A DNA stretch of 64,000 nt, from IMG/VR virus record IMGVR_UViG_3300005253_000193, positions 32,001-96,000 of that record; one strand, written 5' to 3'. The notes beneath the pieces are model-generated. The model was not told the DNA's origin. It did no database searches and saw only the letters and a program-made list of their open reading frames with translations. A program made the position numbers and the translations under genes. Source of the DNA: a virus. The first letter of the stretch is position 1, and every line of letters begins with the position of its first letter. Shown here one piece after another: positions 18,024-28,519 of this stretch.

Positions 18024-18484
18024 CCACTCAAGCTCTAAAGGAACTCCTCTACGATCAGGAGACGGAAGAGGTCTTGGTGGTACTCATAACCATCAGTCAT
18101 GATGATTTGGCCTCTCCAGTTCGGGTTTGCAGTGATTCCGAAAACATTACGAGCAGATCCGATCTTTTTGTGGCTTATCCTTTTGAAATAACTTTGCCCA
18201 CTGATGATCCTGAAGATCTTCCCAGTATTAACCTGCGGATTGATAATGTAGACAGAACAATTGTTCAGAATGTGAGGTCCATTACCTCTGCCCCATCGGT
18301 GCTTGTGGAAGTCATTAGAGCTTCAGCTCCAGATACGGTTGAGGTTTCATTGCCGGACTTCAAGATTGAAAGAATCAATTTTGATGCTTTAACAGTTTCC
18401 GGGAGTCTGACTCTTGAGAGTTTTTTGCAGGAGCCTTATCCGACAGCCACATTTGACCCTGCTAGATTTCCAGGGGGATTTTGA
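18020..18484 (+). CDS. Tail tip protein (DUF1833-like)
   Basis: 'LITISH', 'AYPFEITLP', 'LRIDNV', 'FDPARFPG'. Confidence 0.75.
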   Translation: MTTQALKELLYDQETEEVLVVLITISHDDLASPVRVCSDSENITSRSDLFVAYPFEITLPTDDPEDLPSINLRIDNVDRTIVQNVRSITSAPSVLVEVIRASAPDTVEVSLPDFKIERINFDALTVSGSLTLESFLQEPYPTATFDPARFPGGF

Positions 18485-18933
18485 TGGTAGCATTCCCCTC
18501 CTGGACTGAAAAGTATGTTGGGATACCTTTTGTCCTCCGTGGTAGGAGTATCGAGGGGGCGGATTGCTGGGGTTTGTTTGCCCTTATTTTGAAGGAGCAA
18601 TTTGGGATTGAAATTCCCGCACACGACACTGATCATTACGAGGAGTTGGCTGCAAAGGAAAGATGGAAACGTCTTGCCGCTCTCATTGTGGAGCAAAGGG
18701 AACGGGAGAAACAAATTTGGATACCTATAGATATCTGTGACGCTACGATTGGAGATGGTCTCATACTCAGAATGCTCAATCTTCCTTTACATGTGAGTTT
18801 TGTTGTTGCTCCTGGATGGATGATTCATACTGAGCTTGGGATAGATTCTGTTCTTGAGAACTTTGAAAGGTCCAATTGGAAAAATAGAATTCTTGGTGCA
18901 TATAGACATGAGCAAATTGCTTCCCATTCTTAA
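18481..18933 (+). CDS. NlpC/P60 tail-associated peptidase
   Basis: 'YVGIPF..RGR...GADCWGL', 'HVSF', 'MIH'. Confidence 0.85.
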   Translation: MMVAFPSWTEKYVGIPFVLRGRSIEGADCWGLFALILKEQFGIEIPAHDTDHYEELAAKERWKRLAALIVEQREREKQIWIPIDICDATIGDGLILRMLNLPLHVSFVVAPGWMIHTELGIDSVLENFERSNWKNRILGAYRHEQIASHS

Positions 18934-21900
18934 CATACCAGAGTCGGAAATCATACTTCCTTCTGACAAAGGGGTCATGATCTCGGCGGCTCCCCATCCC
19001 TTTAGAGCGAGCAATGAAATTTTCTTTGTTCAAGAAGGTGATACTATCGGTGAAATCTTTGAGAGGGTTCAACCAGATAGCGTTCTAAGAAAATACGCCC
19101 ACATTTTTGTGGGTGATGTGTACATTCCAAAAGCATATTGGGGAAAGGTAAGGCCCAAAAACGGAGCGACGGTTTCTATACGAGTAGTTCCGATGGGAGG
19201 TGGTGGTGGGGGGAAAAAGAATCCGCTTAGAACGATTCTTACCATTGCTGTTATTGCCGCTTCATGGTGGGCGTCTGCTGCTTGGGGTCCAGCTATGGCC
19301 CAGTCTATGTTTGGCCCCGGTTTTGCTGGAATGTCGTTTGGAGGAATTTCTGCTGCTAGAATAGGTGGTGCGATTGTTGGTGGCATGGTCTCCATGGCTG
19401 GCAATCTGTTGATAAATGCCATCGCACCCCCTCCAATGCCAAAGATGAGGAGCATGACCACTGGGCGTATATCATCGGAAAGGGATAGCCCAACCCTGTT
19501 TATTCAAGGAGCAAGAAATCAATTTCACCCATTTGGGGTTATTCCGAGAGTGCTTGGAAAGCATCTGATGGTTCCCCCCTATGGTGCCAGGCCCTTCACT
19601 GAAACAGTTGGGGATGATCAGTATGTTCGGATGATTTTTTGTTATGGATATGGCCCTATCACTATTGAGGATAGAAGAATTGGTGAGACTACTATCTCAG
19701 CTTTTGAGGAGGTGGAACGTGAGTTCCGCCGTGGGTTTAAAACGTCTCAAATAACGGACCAGGGCAATTGGGCTGCTGGGGTTCAGAAAACATTTTCTAC
19801 TGGTGATGTGAATACTGCAACTGATGTTATCACTGTGACCAGCCACGGTTACAACGATGATGATGAGGTGTTCTTTCTCTCATCGGAGGTGCCAGAGGAT
19901 CTTCCGGCGCCTCTAGTCGAGGGAAAGCCTTATTATGCTTCCAGTACCACAACTCATACCCTCAAATTGGTTACGGCCGTGGAAGACCCGGTGCTGACCG
20001 AAATTGATCTATCGGATGTAGGAACAGGAACACATACCATTACAAAGTCCGATTCTGTTTCATATCCAAGCTCCCCCGACTTCGGAGACAAATATACTGT
20101 TACAACTCCGGGAAGAGTTGATGGTGTAGATTACATAACGGGGGATGTTATTATCTTCAATGATACCGCTGCTGATAGTTCAAGCGATTCTTGGGACAAG
20201 AATGGGGATCAACCGTTAAAACTCTACACGGATGATGTTTACGAGGAATCCTTATCAATCCTTCTTACTCAGGCATCAGGTTGGTCCTTGAGGACTACCC
20301 AAGCCTCCACGGATGATATTTCGATTGACATTACGTTTTACAGAGGTCTTGTTCAATTCAGTGGTGCTGGAAGCAAAGGGGATCAGACAGTAGAACTCGA
20401 GATTGAGTCGAGCCTTACTGGTGTGGGCGATTGGAAGAAGCACGAGGTCACCTACGACGATGATGGAGAAGAGATTTCTTATTCTGTTACTGCTCGCCAA
20501 ACAAACGCTGTTCGTAGGAGTATTCATTGGCGGGTAGATACTCAGGGACAATATGATGTTCGTATTAGACGAACAACCGCTGATACGGAAGATACAAAAA
20601 TCTTTGACGAGATGACCTGGTCGGCTTTGAGGTCCATCACTGACCAGGATCCTATTAATATGTCCGGGATTGCTCTTGAAGCGGTTCGCATTAAAGCTAC
20701 GGACCAATTGAGAGGTGTTGTTGATCAGTGGAATGCAATAGTTCAGAGTATCATTCTTGATTGGACCGGCTCTGCATGGGTTTTGGCTCCGACGAGTAAT
20801 CCCGCTAGTTGTTATAGGGAAGTTCTTCAAGGGTCGGCCAATGGCAAACCTGTTGCTGATTCCAGGATGGACCTTTCTAATCTTCAGGACTGGCATGATT
20901 ATTGTGCCACCAATGGTTTTGAATTTAATATGGTCAGGGACTTTGTTTCCACTGTGCATGAAACCCTGATGGATATTGCAGCCGTTGGAAGATCAGCCAA
21001 GTCGGTTATTGATGGAAAGTGGGGGGTGATTACAGATCAGGTTCAGTCTACTTCCGTCCAACATTTTACTCCACGAAACTCCTGGGGATACGAAGGCACA
21101 AGAAATTATTATGATCTTCCTCATGCGTTCAGAGTGCGTTTTATAAACAGAGACAAGAGATGGAGGGAGGATTCTAGAATCGTCTATGATGATGGTTATG
21201 ACTCCGACAGCGCAACAGAGTTCGAGGAGCTGGAGCTTTCAGGTATCACCGATTCGGACCATGTTTGGAAGGACGGACGTTATCATATTGCTTCCATTAG
21301 GCTCCGCCCGGACGAACACAAGTTTAGCACCGACTTTGAATATATCATTGCAACTCGTGGACAGAAGATTCTTTTCACTCATGATGTTATCAATATTGGT
21401 ATTGCGGCGGGGAGAATTAAATCTGTTGCTGTTGATGGGGGAGACGCTACTGATATTACAGTGGATGAAGCCTTGGATATGGAGCTTGGAAAGAATTATG
21501 GAGTATCTATCCGGACAGATGATGACAATGAGTTGACTGAGCAAATTATTACCAATGCCGGATCTCAGACTACCGTCACTTTTACTACTCCTATTCCTGC
21601 TGCCAATATACCAACGGCTGGAGACCTCTTTGGTTTTGGTGAATTGGGATCAGAAACGATTGATTTGGTGATTAAGAGCATCAATCCTTTAGGTGATTTT
21701 GCTGCTCAGCTTACTTGTGTTGATTATAACAGTGCCCTTTACACCGCTGATTCTGGGACTATCCCCCCATGGACAAGTAACGTCACTATCCCGGTGGAGA
21801 TTTCCTATCCGGCCGTGACGGATATTGTTTCTGATGAATCGGCGATGGCTTTGTTCCCAGGCGGCCTCCTTATTTTGAGGGTCCAGGTTATTTTTGGATT

Positions 21901-23137
21901 CTTCGAAAGACGTCCCACCGAGGTTACATCGATAGAAGCGCGTTTCCGCCCGTCTGGTTCTGAGGGGGCGTGGCTTAATACGATCGCAAACGGTCAAGCC
22001 CCGGAGATTTTTCTCGAGCCAGTTGAGGAAGGAGAAGTGCTTGAGTTTCAAGTACGCGCAAGGACTGGTACAGGTGATGGTCCTTGGGGTCCCCTTCTGA
22101 TCCATACTGTGATTGGAGGATCTACGCCGCCGGATGAGGTTGACTCTGTTTATATTGAGAGTGGATCCCTTCATTGGGTGTTTGCCGATCCTCCACGAGA
22201 TTTTGATGGTTATATTCTCAAAACTCGTGGCGGCTTCTCCGTAAACTGGTCAGACGCGATGCAAGTTCATGATGATATATACAGAGAGCAGTCATTTGAA
22301 ATAAATAAGCTTCCCTCTGGTCCAAGAACTTTCATGGTAGCTACCATCGACAAGTTTGGAAATGAGAGTACGTCAAAGCCATTTGTGTTTCTTACCGTTC
22401 CGGATGCTTCAACAAACAATATTCTTGAGACGTTCGACTTTAAGGCGTTGGGTTTCCCAGGCACCTTAACAGACTGTACCATTGTGTCTGGAGATCTGAA
22501 GGCTGATAGTCATGGTGATTTATATCTTCCTATAGATTCGGCCCTTTATTTGAGCGATGGAGCTGCTTTGTATCTTCCCATAACCTACAAAGATATGACC
22601 TATCAGTCGTCCTTAGTTCCAAATTATTGGCCTTCAGAAATTTCATTTGAAATCACCATAGCCGGTAATTCCTGGACGATGGAATATCGTACACAGGGGG
22701 ATTCGATTTATCTTCCAGCAGGAGCCAACATATATCTTCCTATAGGAACTGATCCTTTTTTGGAAAGTCCTTCTTCTTGGCGAGTAATGCCAGTGAAATT
22801 CAGTGCAGCGAGACAAAAATACGACATTCGAATTTCCATTTCTGGTGGTTCAACGAGAGGAGTTATTTCCGAGGATATTGCGACGATGGATGTTGAGGAT
22901 ATTGTTGAAAGATTTACAGATGTAGTTCTATCTTCTGGAGGAAGTAGATTGCCTATTACGAAAACATACCGTAGTATCGTTTATGTCGAGGATATAGTTC
23001 TTCAGAGTGCGGCCAATGTGGCTTCAATTCAGGTTGTGGATATGAATGCGACACTTGGACCTTTGGTTAAACTTTTGGACTTCTCCGGTTCTGACATTGG
23101 GGGAACCCTTAACAATGCAGCCGTAAGAGGTTACTAA
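18908..23137 (+). CDS. Tail tip attachment/host specificity protein (J-like, with N-terminal I-like region)
   Basis: About 1410 aa; 'GARN...PFGVIPRVLG', 'TSNPA', FN3-like C-terminal repeats. Confidence 0.9.
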   Translation: MSKLLPILNIPESEIILPSDKGVMISAAPHPFRASNEIFFVQEGDTIGEIFERVQPDSVLRKYAHIFVGDVYIPKAYWGKVRPKNGATVSIRVVPMGGGGGGKKNPLRTILTIAVIAASWWASAAWGPAMAQSMFGPGFAGMSFGGISAARIGGAIVGGMVSMAGNLLINAIAPPPMPKMRSMTTGRISSERDSPTLFIQGARNQFHPFGVIPRVLGKHLMVPPYGARPFTETVGDDQYVRMIFCYGYGPITIEDRRIGETTISAFEEVEREFRRGFKTSQITDQGNWAAGVQKTFSTGDVNTATDVITVTSHGYNDDDEVFFLSSEVPEDLPAPLVEGKPYYASSTTTHTLKLVTAVEDPVLTEIDLSDVGTGTHTITKSDSVSYPSSPDFGDKYTVTTPGRVDGVDYITGDVIIFNDTAADSSSDSWDKNGDQPLKLYTDDVYEESLSILLTQASGWSLRTTQASTDDISIDITFYRGLVQFSGAGSKGDQTVELEIESSLTGVGDWKKHEVTYDDDGEEISYSVTARQTNAVRRSIHWRVDTQGQYDVRIRRTTADTEDTKIFDEMTWSALRSITDQDPINMSGIALEAVRIKATDQLRGVVDQWNAIVQSIILDWTGSAWVLAPTSNPASCYREVLQGSANGKPVADSRMDLSNLQDWHDYCATNGFEFNMVRDFVSTVHETLMDIAAVGRSAKSVIDGKWGVITDQVQSTSVQHFTPRNSWGYEGTRNYYDLPHAFRVRFINRDKRWREDSRIVYDDGYDSDSATEFEELELSGITDSDHVWKDGRYHIASIRLRPDEHKFSTDFEYIIATRGQKILFTHDVINIGIAAGRIKSVAVDGGDATDITVDEALDMELGKNYGVSIRTDDDNELTEQIITNAGSQTTVTFTTPIPAANIPTAGDLFGFGELGSETIDLVIKSINPLGDFAAQLTCVDYNSALYTADSGTIPPWTSNVTIPVEISYPAVTDIVSDESAMALFPGGLLILRVQVIFGFFERRPTEVTSIEARFRPSGSEGAWLNTIANGQAPEIFLEPVEEGEVLEFQVRARTGTGDGPWGPLLIHTVIGGSTPPDEVDSVYIESGSLHWVFADPPRDFDGYILKTRGGFSVNWSDAMQVHDDIYREQSFEINKLPSGPRTFMVATIDKFGNESTSKPFVFLTVPDASTNNILETFDFKALGFPGTLTDCTIVSGDLKADSHGDLYLPIDSALYLSDGAALYLPITYKDMTYQSSLVPNYWPSEISFEITIAGNSWTMEYRTQGDSIYLPAGANIYLPIGTDPFLESPSSWRVMPVKFSAARQKYDIRISISGGSTRGVISEDIATMDVEDIVERFTDVVLSSGGSRLPITKTYRSIVYVEDIVLQSAANVASIQVVDMNATLGPLVKLLDFSGSDIGGTLNNAAVRGY

Positions 23138-24285
23138 TGACCAGCATTCCGGCAGAGGGCTACTTCACTGTTGAAGCTCGAACGAATGCAGAGGCAAAGA
23201 CAGCCCATGACGATGGGCTTGAAATTCACCGAGAGCATTTGGGTGGCAATGCCATAGCTGAACTCACTATTTCATCTGGCTCTGTGACAGCAACCCAGGG
23301 CTTCCATTCGATTGATACGGAGATTGATGCGGGCAGTGACTTTCTGGACAACATTGTTCAGACCAATCTGGATGCAGGCCATCTCCTTCTTATTCGTGCT
23401 CAGGATTCCGGCAGGACTGTCAACGTAAGGGATATACAGGGAGGTGCTGGTGAGATTCTCACCGCCGACGGTGCCACTTTTGCTCTTGACAATATTGATA
23501 AGTGGCTTCTTCTTGTTCGAGAGGGTGCTCAGTGGTTGGAGGTTTTACGATCCTATGGAACGGATTCTGCCAGCGCGGCAGCCTTTTTGGGTGCGGCCGT
23601 TCTAGGAGCAAATATTTTTACGGGGGTCCAAAAATGGGATAAGGGTGGTGATGTAGCAAGCACCGCTTCGATGTCCTTGGGTACAGATGGGAATTCCTTC
23701 GACATCACTGGTACGGATGCCATAACCTCGATCGCCACCCTCGGTCTTGGAACGTGGGTACTGCTCCGATTTACTGGAATATTGACATTTACACATCACT
23801 CTACAGATCTGATTTGTCCTGGGGGACAGAACATAACGACAGCGGTGGATACTCGCATACTGCTGTGGGAATATGCTGTCGGAGATTGGATGGTGATGGG
23901 CCATGAGCAGGCTGGAGCGAGAAATTATGAAGACCGCACACTGCAAAGGGTCAACTTCAAGGACACTGGCGAGATCACCGTCGCCAAGGGGAACCTCGGG
24001 GCCACTCCGGATTTCGATATGGAGGACGGTAACAGTTTCCTCGGGACCCTCGACCAGGCCGCGAGCCCGACGTTCAGCAACCCGACGGCGAGCGACGAGC
24101 TGTGCGGGTTCGCCCTGGGCCTGACGAACGGCGAGGCGTTCACCATCACCTGGCCCGCCAGCGTAGACTGGGAGGGTGGGTCGCCACCGACGCTCACCGC
24201 CTCGGGCTACGATGAATTGATCTTCTGGACCCGCGACGGTGGGACCATCTGGCATGGTGCCGTCGTGACCACGGACAGCAGTTGA
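23137..24285 (+). CDS. Tail fibre/accessory tail protein A
   Basis: N-terminus paralogous to 26271..27725; C-terminal 'ITWPASVDWEGGSPPTLT...DGGTIWHG'. Confidence 0.7.
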   Translation: MTSIPAEGYFTVEARTNAEAKTAHDDGLEIHREHLGGNAIAELTISSGSVTATQGFHSIDTEIDAGSDFLDNIVQTNLDAGHLLLIRAQDSGRTVNVRDIQGGAGEILTADGATFALDNIDKWLLLVREGAQWLEVLRSYGTDSASAAAFLGAAVLGANIFTGVQKWDKGGDVASTASMSLGTDGNSFDITGTDAITSIATLGLGTWVLLRFTGILTFTHHSTDLICPGGQNITTAVDTRILLWEYAVGDWMVMGHEQAGARNYEDRTLQRVNFKDTGEITVAKGNLGATPDFDMEDGNSFLGTLDQAASPTFSNPTASDELCGFALGLTNGEAFTITWPASVDWEGGSPPTLTASGYDELIFWTRDGGTIWHGAVVTTDSS

Positions 24286-24983
24286 TGACGATCCTTCGTA
24301 GGATGATGATGGCGGCGGCGGGTGGGGTAACTCCTGACTTACCCGTGACCTCTGATCTGGTGATGCACTTCCGGGCCGATCTGGGAATAACCAAAGATGG
24401 GAGCGATTACGTTTCCCAATGGGACGATCAGAGCGTCAACAATCGCCATCTGACTGAGGCGACGAACAAGCCTTTGTGGGTCGATGGCTTGGTCAATGGT
24501 CGCCCAGCCGTCCGGTTCGACGGGGCGAACGACCAACTCTCGGAGGCTGGAGGGACCGTAGCCCAGCCGGTACACGTTTTCACTGTCGCCAACTACCTGA
24601 CTTGGACCAATGGCGAGACTTCCTTCGGGTACAGGACCGTTCCGGGGGCCATGATACAACAACGAACATCCACCCCCCGCGTGTATCAATTGATCGACAA
24701 TATTTCGGGTGGTTACGTGTCCCCGACACTTGGCACGTTTTTTCTTATCCATCACGTCATCAGCAATGCCTCGTCATCGCTCGCACTCAACGATGGGGGG
24801 GACGTTGGTGGGGCCACTGGGACACGCACAATGAATGGTGGTTTCACTATGGGGGCGGAATTTCCGGGCGCCGGCTGGTGCAACGTGGAGGTCGCCGAGG
24901 CCATTGTCTACGACGCGATCAAGTCCGGCGGTGATCTGACCTCAATCAAGAATTATCTCAACGATCTATACGCCCTTTGGTAG
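24282..24983 (+). CDS. LamG/concanavalin-like (lectin-fold) tail protein
   Basis: 'VSQWDDQS', 'NGRPAVRFDG', 'VAEAIVYD', 'IKNYL'. Confidence 0.65.
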   Translation: MMTILRRMMMAAAGGVTPDLPVTSDLVMHFRADLGITKDGSDYVSQWDDQSVNNRHLTEATNKPLWVDGLVNGRPAVRFDGANDQLSEAGGTVAQPVHVFTVANYLTWTNGETSFGYRTVPGAMIQQRTSTPRVYQLIDNISGGYVSPTLGTFFLIHHVISNASSSLALNDGGDVGGATGTRTMNGGFTMGAEFPGAGWCNVEVAEAIVYDAIKSGGDLTSIKNYLNDLYALW

Positions 24984-24994
24984 GAGGTTGAAAC

Positions 24995-25459
24995 ATGACT
25001 GATTATTGCCACATCGATGACGGCGCCATCGACGATGGGCCGCGAGCTTTGCCAAGAGCCTGGCGCAACGTTAGTGGCTTGCGTCGGGGGACACCTGAGT
25101 TTTTGAAAGACAAGGGCTGGTTGCCCGTGCGCTACGTCGATGAGTCCTTCGACCCCGCAACGCAAGTGCGGACGGGGCCTGTTGGGTGCAACGTCGGTGA
25201 CCCGGTGCCACCTGATGCCGACGAGGTTGTCGGGATCTACACCGTCAAGGACAAGACGCAATTGGAGCTGGATGACGACCAGCAGGCCGTCGACATCGCC
25301 AAACTTTCAACATCGGTGGACAAGATCGCGTTCATTCTGACCGAGCTGACTCAGAAGTTGTTCGAGAAGAACGTTATCATCCCTGATGATTTTACCCAAC
25401 CTGTGCGGCAGATTTATCGGGAAATCGAAGAAATCGTGGGTAGAGCCAAACCAAAGTAG
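24995..25459 (+). CDS. Tail fibre-associated protein
   Basis: 'LPRAWRNVSGL...LKDKGWLPV'; GGAGG SD. Confidence 0.5.
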   Translation: MTDYCHIDDGAIDDGPRALPRAWRNVSGLRRGTPEFLKDKGWLPVRYVDESFDPATQVRTGPVGCNVGDPVPPDADEVVGIYTVKDKTQLELDDDQQAVDIAKLSTSVDKIAFILTELTQKLFEKNVIIPDDFTQPVRQIYREIEEIVGRAKPK

Positions 25460-25467
25460 GAACAAAC

Positions 25468-25770
25468 ATGGTCGAAGAAGTACTTACCGACTGGCGCTTT
25501 TGGATCGTTGCCGTTGGAGTCATCCTCGCCATCGCCGAGACCCGGTGGACGGTGAAGCGACATAACAATATCCTGAACGGTGGCAAGCCTGGCGAGAACT
25601 TGGCGACCATAGTCATACTCACCGCAAAAGCTGTTGAAAGGCTTGAGAAAGACATCCGTGACTTACGTAAGGAGTTCACGGAGGAGCGCGGTGTCCGTAG
25701 CTTATGTGCAAGACGCGTACACGATAGAATCGACAATTTAGGGGTGGAAAACCGATCCGATAGCGGGTAA
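25468..25770 (+). CDS. Small membrane protein (holin/antiholin candidate)
   Basis: N-terminal hydrophobic segment plus coiled-coil. Confidence 0.4.
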   Translation: MVEEVLTDWRFWIVAVGVILAIAETRWTVKRHNNILNGGKPGENLATIVILTAKAVERLEKDIRDLRKEFTEERGVRSLCARRVHDRIDNLGVENRSDSG

Positions 25771-25799
25771 TTAGAATTATAACAATTGGGGAATGAGTC

Positions 25800-26153
25800 A
25801 TGCGTGCGCGAGACAAGGCAAAAGAGTGGGCAACGTCGGTTAAGTTCTGGATCACATGCGCGGTCCTCGTTGTAGGAACATTGGGGGGCCTTGGATATGC
25901 GTTTGATCGCCCGGTGTGGCTTAGTGAATTAAGAGCGCATGAGGTGGCGGCTGGAGAGGTAATGGATAACCTCCAGCAGCAGACTACCATCAACGTGGAA
26001 AATATTCTTGAGATCAAAATTGATCAGATGCAACTTCGTATTTGGGATCAGGAAGATCGCCTCGAGGATTACAATACTAAGGATGGTTGGAGCCGACTTC
26101 GCGATCTGAACCAACAATTGAAGAGGTTAATTCGTGAACGGAAAGATAAATAG
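25800..26153 (+). CDS. Membrane-anchored coiled-coil protein
   Basis: TM 'FWITCAVLVVGTLGGLGYAF' then helical domain. Confidence 0.45.
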   Translation: MRARDKAKEWATSVKFWITCAVLVVGTLGGLGYAFDRPVWLSELRAHEVAAGEVMDNLQQQTTINVENILEIKIDQMQLRIWDQEDRLEDYNTKDGWSRLRDLNQQLKRLIRERKDK

Positions 26154-26154
26154 T

Positions 26155-26274
26155 GTGCTTGTTGCTGTATTTGCTTTTATGGCAATGTCACTCGCCACAC
26201 AGACTGTATGTGGCTCCTACAATGACGTGGTGGTCAACTTGGCGAATGACAAATTTAGGAAAAAAGTAAAATGA
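26155..26274 (+). pseudogene. Truncated 39-aa paralog of the 27732..28028 gene
   Basis: 'AFMAMSLATQTVCGSYNDVVVNL' versus 'FFMFLATLPATAQMLCGPRADVLTNL'; ends in ATGA overlap with fibre B. Confidence 0.45.
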
Positions 26275-27725
26275 CCAGTATTCCGACAGCAGGCTATTTT
26301 ATAGACGGGGCAAGGACAAATCTTGAGGCAAAGACAGCTCAAGATGAAATGCTTGAGGTCCTCCGGGAAGAATTGGGTGGCAATGCCATAGCTGAACTCA
26401 CTATTTCATCTGGCTCTGTGACAGCAACCCAGGGTCTTCACTCAATTGATACAGAGAGTGATGCAGGCGACGATTATCTGGACAATATTATTCAAACTAA
26501 TCTGGATGCAGGTCATCTCCTTCTCATCCGTGCCGAAGATGCTGGTAGGACCATCAATGTAAGACATTCTCAAGGTGGTGCTGGAGAGATCATCACTGCC
26601 GAAGCTTCAACTATTGTCCTTGATGATACAAACAAGTGGATTCTCTTGGTCCGTAAGGGAACCCAATGGTTGGAAGTGTTTAAATCTTATAGGGCTGTCA
26701 AGGGCGCGGATATCACTTCGGCCTCGCCGCTGGTGATCGGGCCGGTCGGCAATTATTTCGACGTGGTGGGTGCCGTGGACTTCGCCGTGATGACAGTCGC
26801 GGCCGACCGTTGGTTCATGCTCCACTTCGACTCCGCGCTGACGATCACACATGGCGGCTCCCTAGCCCTCCCGAACGGTAGGGATATCGAGACCGCCGCA
26901 GGTACTGAGCTCACGTGCATGTCGATCGGCGTTAACTCCGTCCGTGTGTTGTCCGTGTCCCCCCCGGTCACCCAGCCCGTCTTCTTCGAGGAGAGCTCCG
27001 ACATCACCCTCGTGGAGACGGACCACGGGCGGACCCTCCATATCACCGATACTGCGACCGTCACCCTGCCCGACGCGGCCGCCGCCGGTCCGGGGTGGAC
27101 GATCCGCGTGATGAAGTACAGCGCCGGTGTTGAGCGCCCGGCGACTATCGTTCCTGCCGGTGCCGACACCATTGAGCTTTGGGCGGACCCCGGCCTGACA
27201 TCGATCCTGCTGTTCACCTCGGGCGACTACCTCGACCTGATATCCACCGGGTCGGGCTGGGTCGCGTCGGGTGAGGTGATTGTCAAGATGAGCGTGATTC
27301 TCAACGCGGAGACCCAGGTGGTCGCCAACACCACCAACACCGTGGTGGAGTTCGATGCCGTCGGTGCCGACACGCACTCGGGCTGGGAGGGGGTGCAGCC
27401 TTACCATTACGAGATACCTTTCTCGGGCTACTACCTACTGAATACCGTGGTGATCGTGGACGAGGGCTCTTCGCCCCACGGGTGGGATGTGTCCATCAGG
27501 AGGGTCGTATCCGGGCCGTCTACAGAGTGGATCGCGCTGACCCGTAACCTCATGCCTGGGACCGGTGATGAGGATAATCTGTCATTGCTCAGTATGTGGA
27601 ACTGGTTGGCCAAGGGAGAAGAGGTGCTTGTCATGGTGCGGCAGGACAGCGGCGGCAACCTGAACATACAGGGATCGACTGTTAGGCAGGAACAGACTCA
27701 GTTCGAAATCGTCCGGCTGGGATGA
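26271..27725 (+). CDS. Tail fibre/accessory tail protein B
   Basis: First ~140 aa paralogous to fibre A; distinct C-terminal region ending in a C1q/TNF-like beta domain. Confidence 0.7.
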   Translation: MTSIPTAGYFIDGARTNLEAKTAQDEMLEVLREELGGNAIAELTISSGSVTATQGLHSIDTESDAGDDYLDNIIQTNLDAGHLLLIRAEDAGRTINVRHSQGGAGEIITAEASTIVLDDTNKWILLVRKGTQWLEVFKSYRAVKGADITSASPLVIGPVGNYFDVVGAVDFAVMTVAADRWFMLHFDSALTITHGGSLALPNGRDIETAAGTELTCMSIGVNSVRVLSVSPPVTQPVFFEESSDITLVETDHGRTLHITDTATVTLPDAAAAGPGWTIRVMKYSAGVERPATIVPAGADTIELWADPGLTSILLFTSGDYLDLISTGSGWVASGEVIVKMSVILNAETQVVANTTNTVVEFDAVGADTHSGWEGVQPYHYEIPFSGYYLLNTVVIVDEGSSPHGWDVSIRRVVSGPSTEWIALTRNLMPGTGDEDNLSLLSMWNWLAKGEEVLVMVRQDSGGNLNIQGSTVRQEQTQFEIVRLG

Positions 27726-27731
27726 TTCTAT

Positions 27732-28028
27732 ATGGTACGAGCATTAGCCTTTTTCATGTTCCTTGCCACCCTGCCAGCGACCGCACAGATGCTGTGCGGT
27801 CCCCGCGCCGACGTGCTGACCAACCTGACGGAGGGCCATGGTGAGTATTCAGCGTCGATGGGCCTGGCCAGCAACGGCGCGGTGATTGAGGTATTCGTAT
27901 CCGCGATCGATAGGGATGTCGGTGGGCGATCCTTTACCATCGTCATGACCCGGCCCGACGGTTTGAGCTGTTTGATGGCGGCGGGCAACAACTGGGAAGA
28001 CCTACTGATAAGGATGAACGGGACATGA
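27732..28028 (+). CDS. Small secreted protein
   Basis: Signal peptide; 'CGPR...GE...E.F.S...SFTI...CL.AAG.NW'. Confidence 0.55.
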   Translation: MVRALAFFMFLATLPATAQMLCGPRADVLTNLTEGHGEYSASMGLASNGAVIEVFVSAIDRDVGGRSFTIVMTRPDGLSCLMAAGNNWEDLLIRMNGT

Positions 28029-28510
28029 TCCCCCCAATTCAATTTCTCCAGGACGTTATTGGCCCAACGCTCACGCATCTGGCCGCCATGGAGCCCCGGC
28101 TGGACACACCAGCGGCTCGAGCACTTCTTCTTGGCACGGCGATCCAGGAATCCCATCTGTCGGCTTATAAACAACTCGGCGGCGGACCCGCAATGTCGTT
28201 TTTCCAGATCGAGCCGGCGACATTTGAGGACATCTTCGACCGCTACCTCAGCCGCCCTGATAAGTCCGCTCTACGTGGTGCTGTTCGCGCCCTACTGATT
28301 CCAGCATTCGAGCCCGGCGAGCAGTTGGACACGAATCAACACTTGGCCTGTGCGATTGCCAGGATCCGGTATTGGATGGTTCCCGAGAGGATGCCCCGCC
28401 CGGATGACATCGATGGCTTGGCGGTCTACTGGAAGCTCCACTACAATACGACCGGCGGCGGCGGCTCTGCGTCGGAATGGGCACTTAATTTTCGAAAGTA
28501 CGCCAGTTAG
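28025..28510 (+). CDS. Endolysin candidate (lysozyme-like fold)
   Basis: 'LLLGTAIQES', 'QLGGGPA.SFFQIEPAT', 'YWKLHYNT..G.G'. Confidence 0.7.
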   Translation: MIPPIQFLQDVIGPTLTHLAAMEPRLDTPAARALLLGTAIQESHLSAYKQLGGGPAMSFFQIEPATFEDIFDRYLSRPDKSALRGAVRALLIPAFEPGEQLDTNQHLACAIARIRYWMVPERMPRPDDIDGLAVYWKLHYNTTGGGGSASEWALNFRKYAS

Positions 28511-28519
28511 GAAAAAATC

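Larger units (their letters stand above)
23239..26434 (+). repeat. 62-bp identical repeat shared by the two fibre genes (23239-23300 and 26373-26434)
   Basis: ttgggtggcaatgccatagctgaactcactatttcatctggctctgtgacagcaacccaggg. Confidence 0.9.

Noticed and set aside
23137-27725. Diversity-generating retroelement or invertase shufflon acting on the fibres
   Set aside because: No reverse transcriptase or recombinase in the window; the repeats are direct, N-terminal and lack adenine-specific mismatches.
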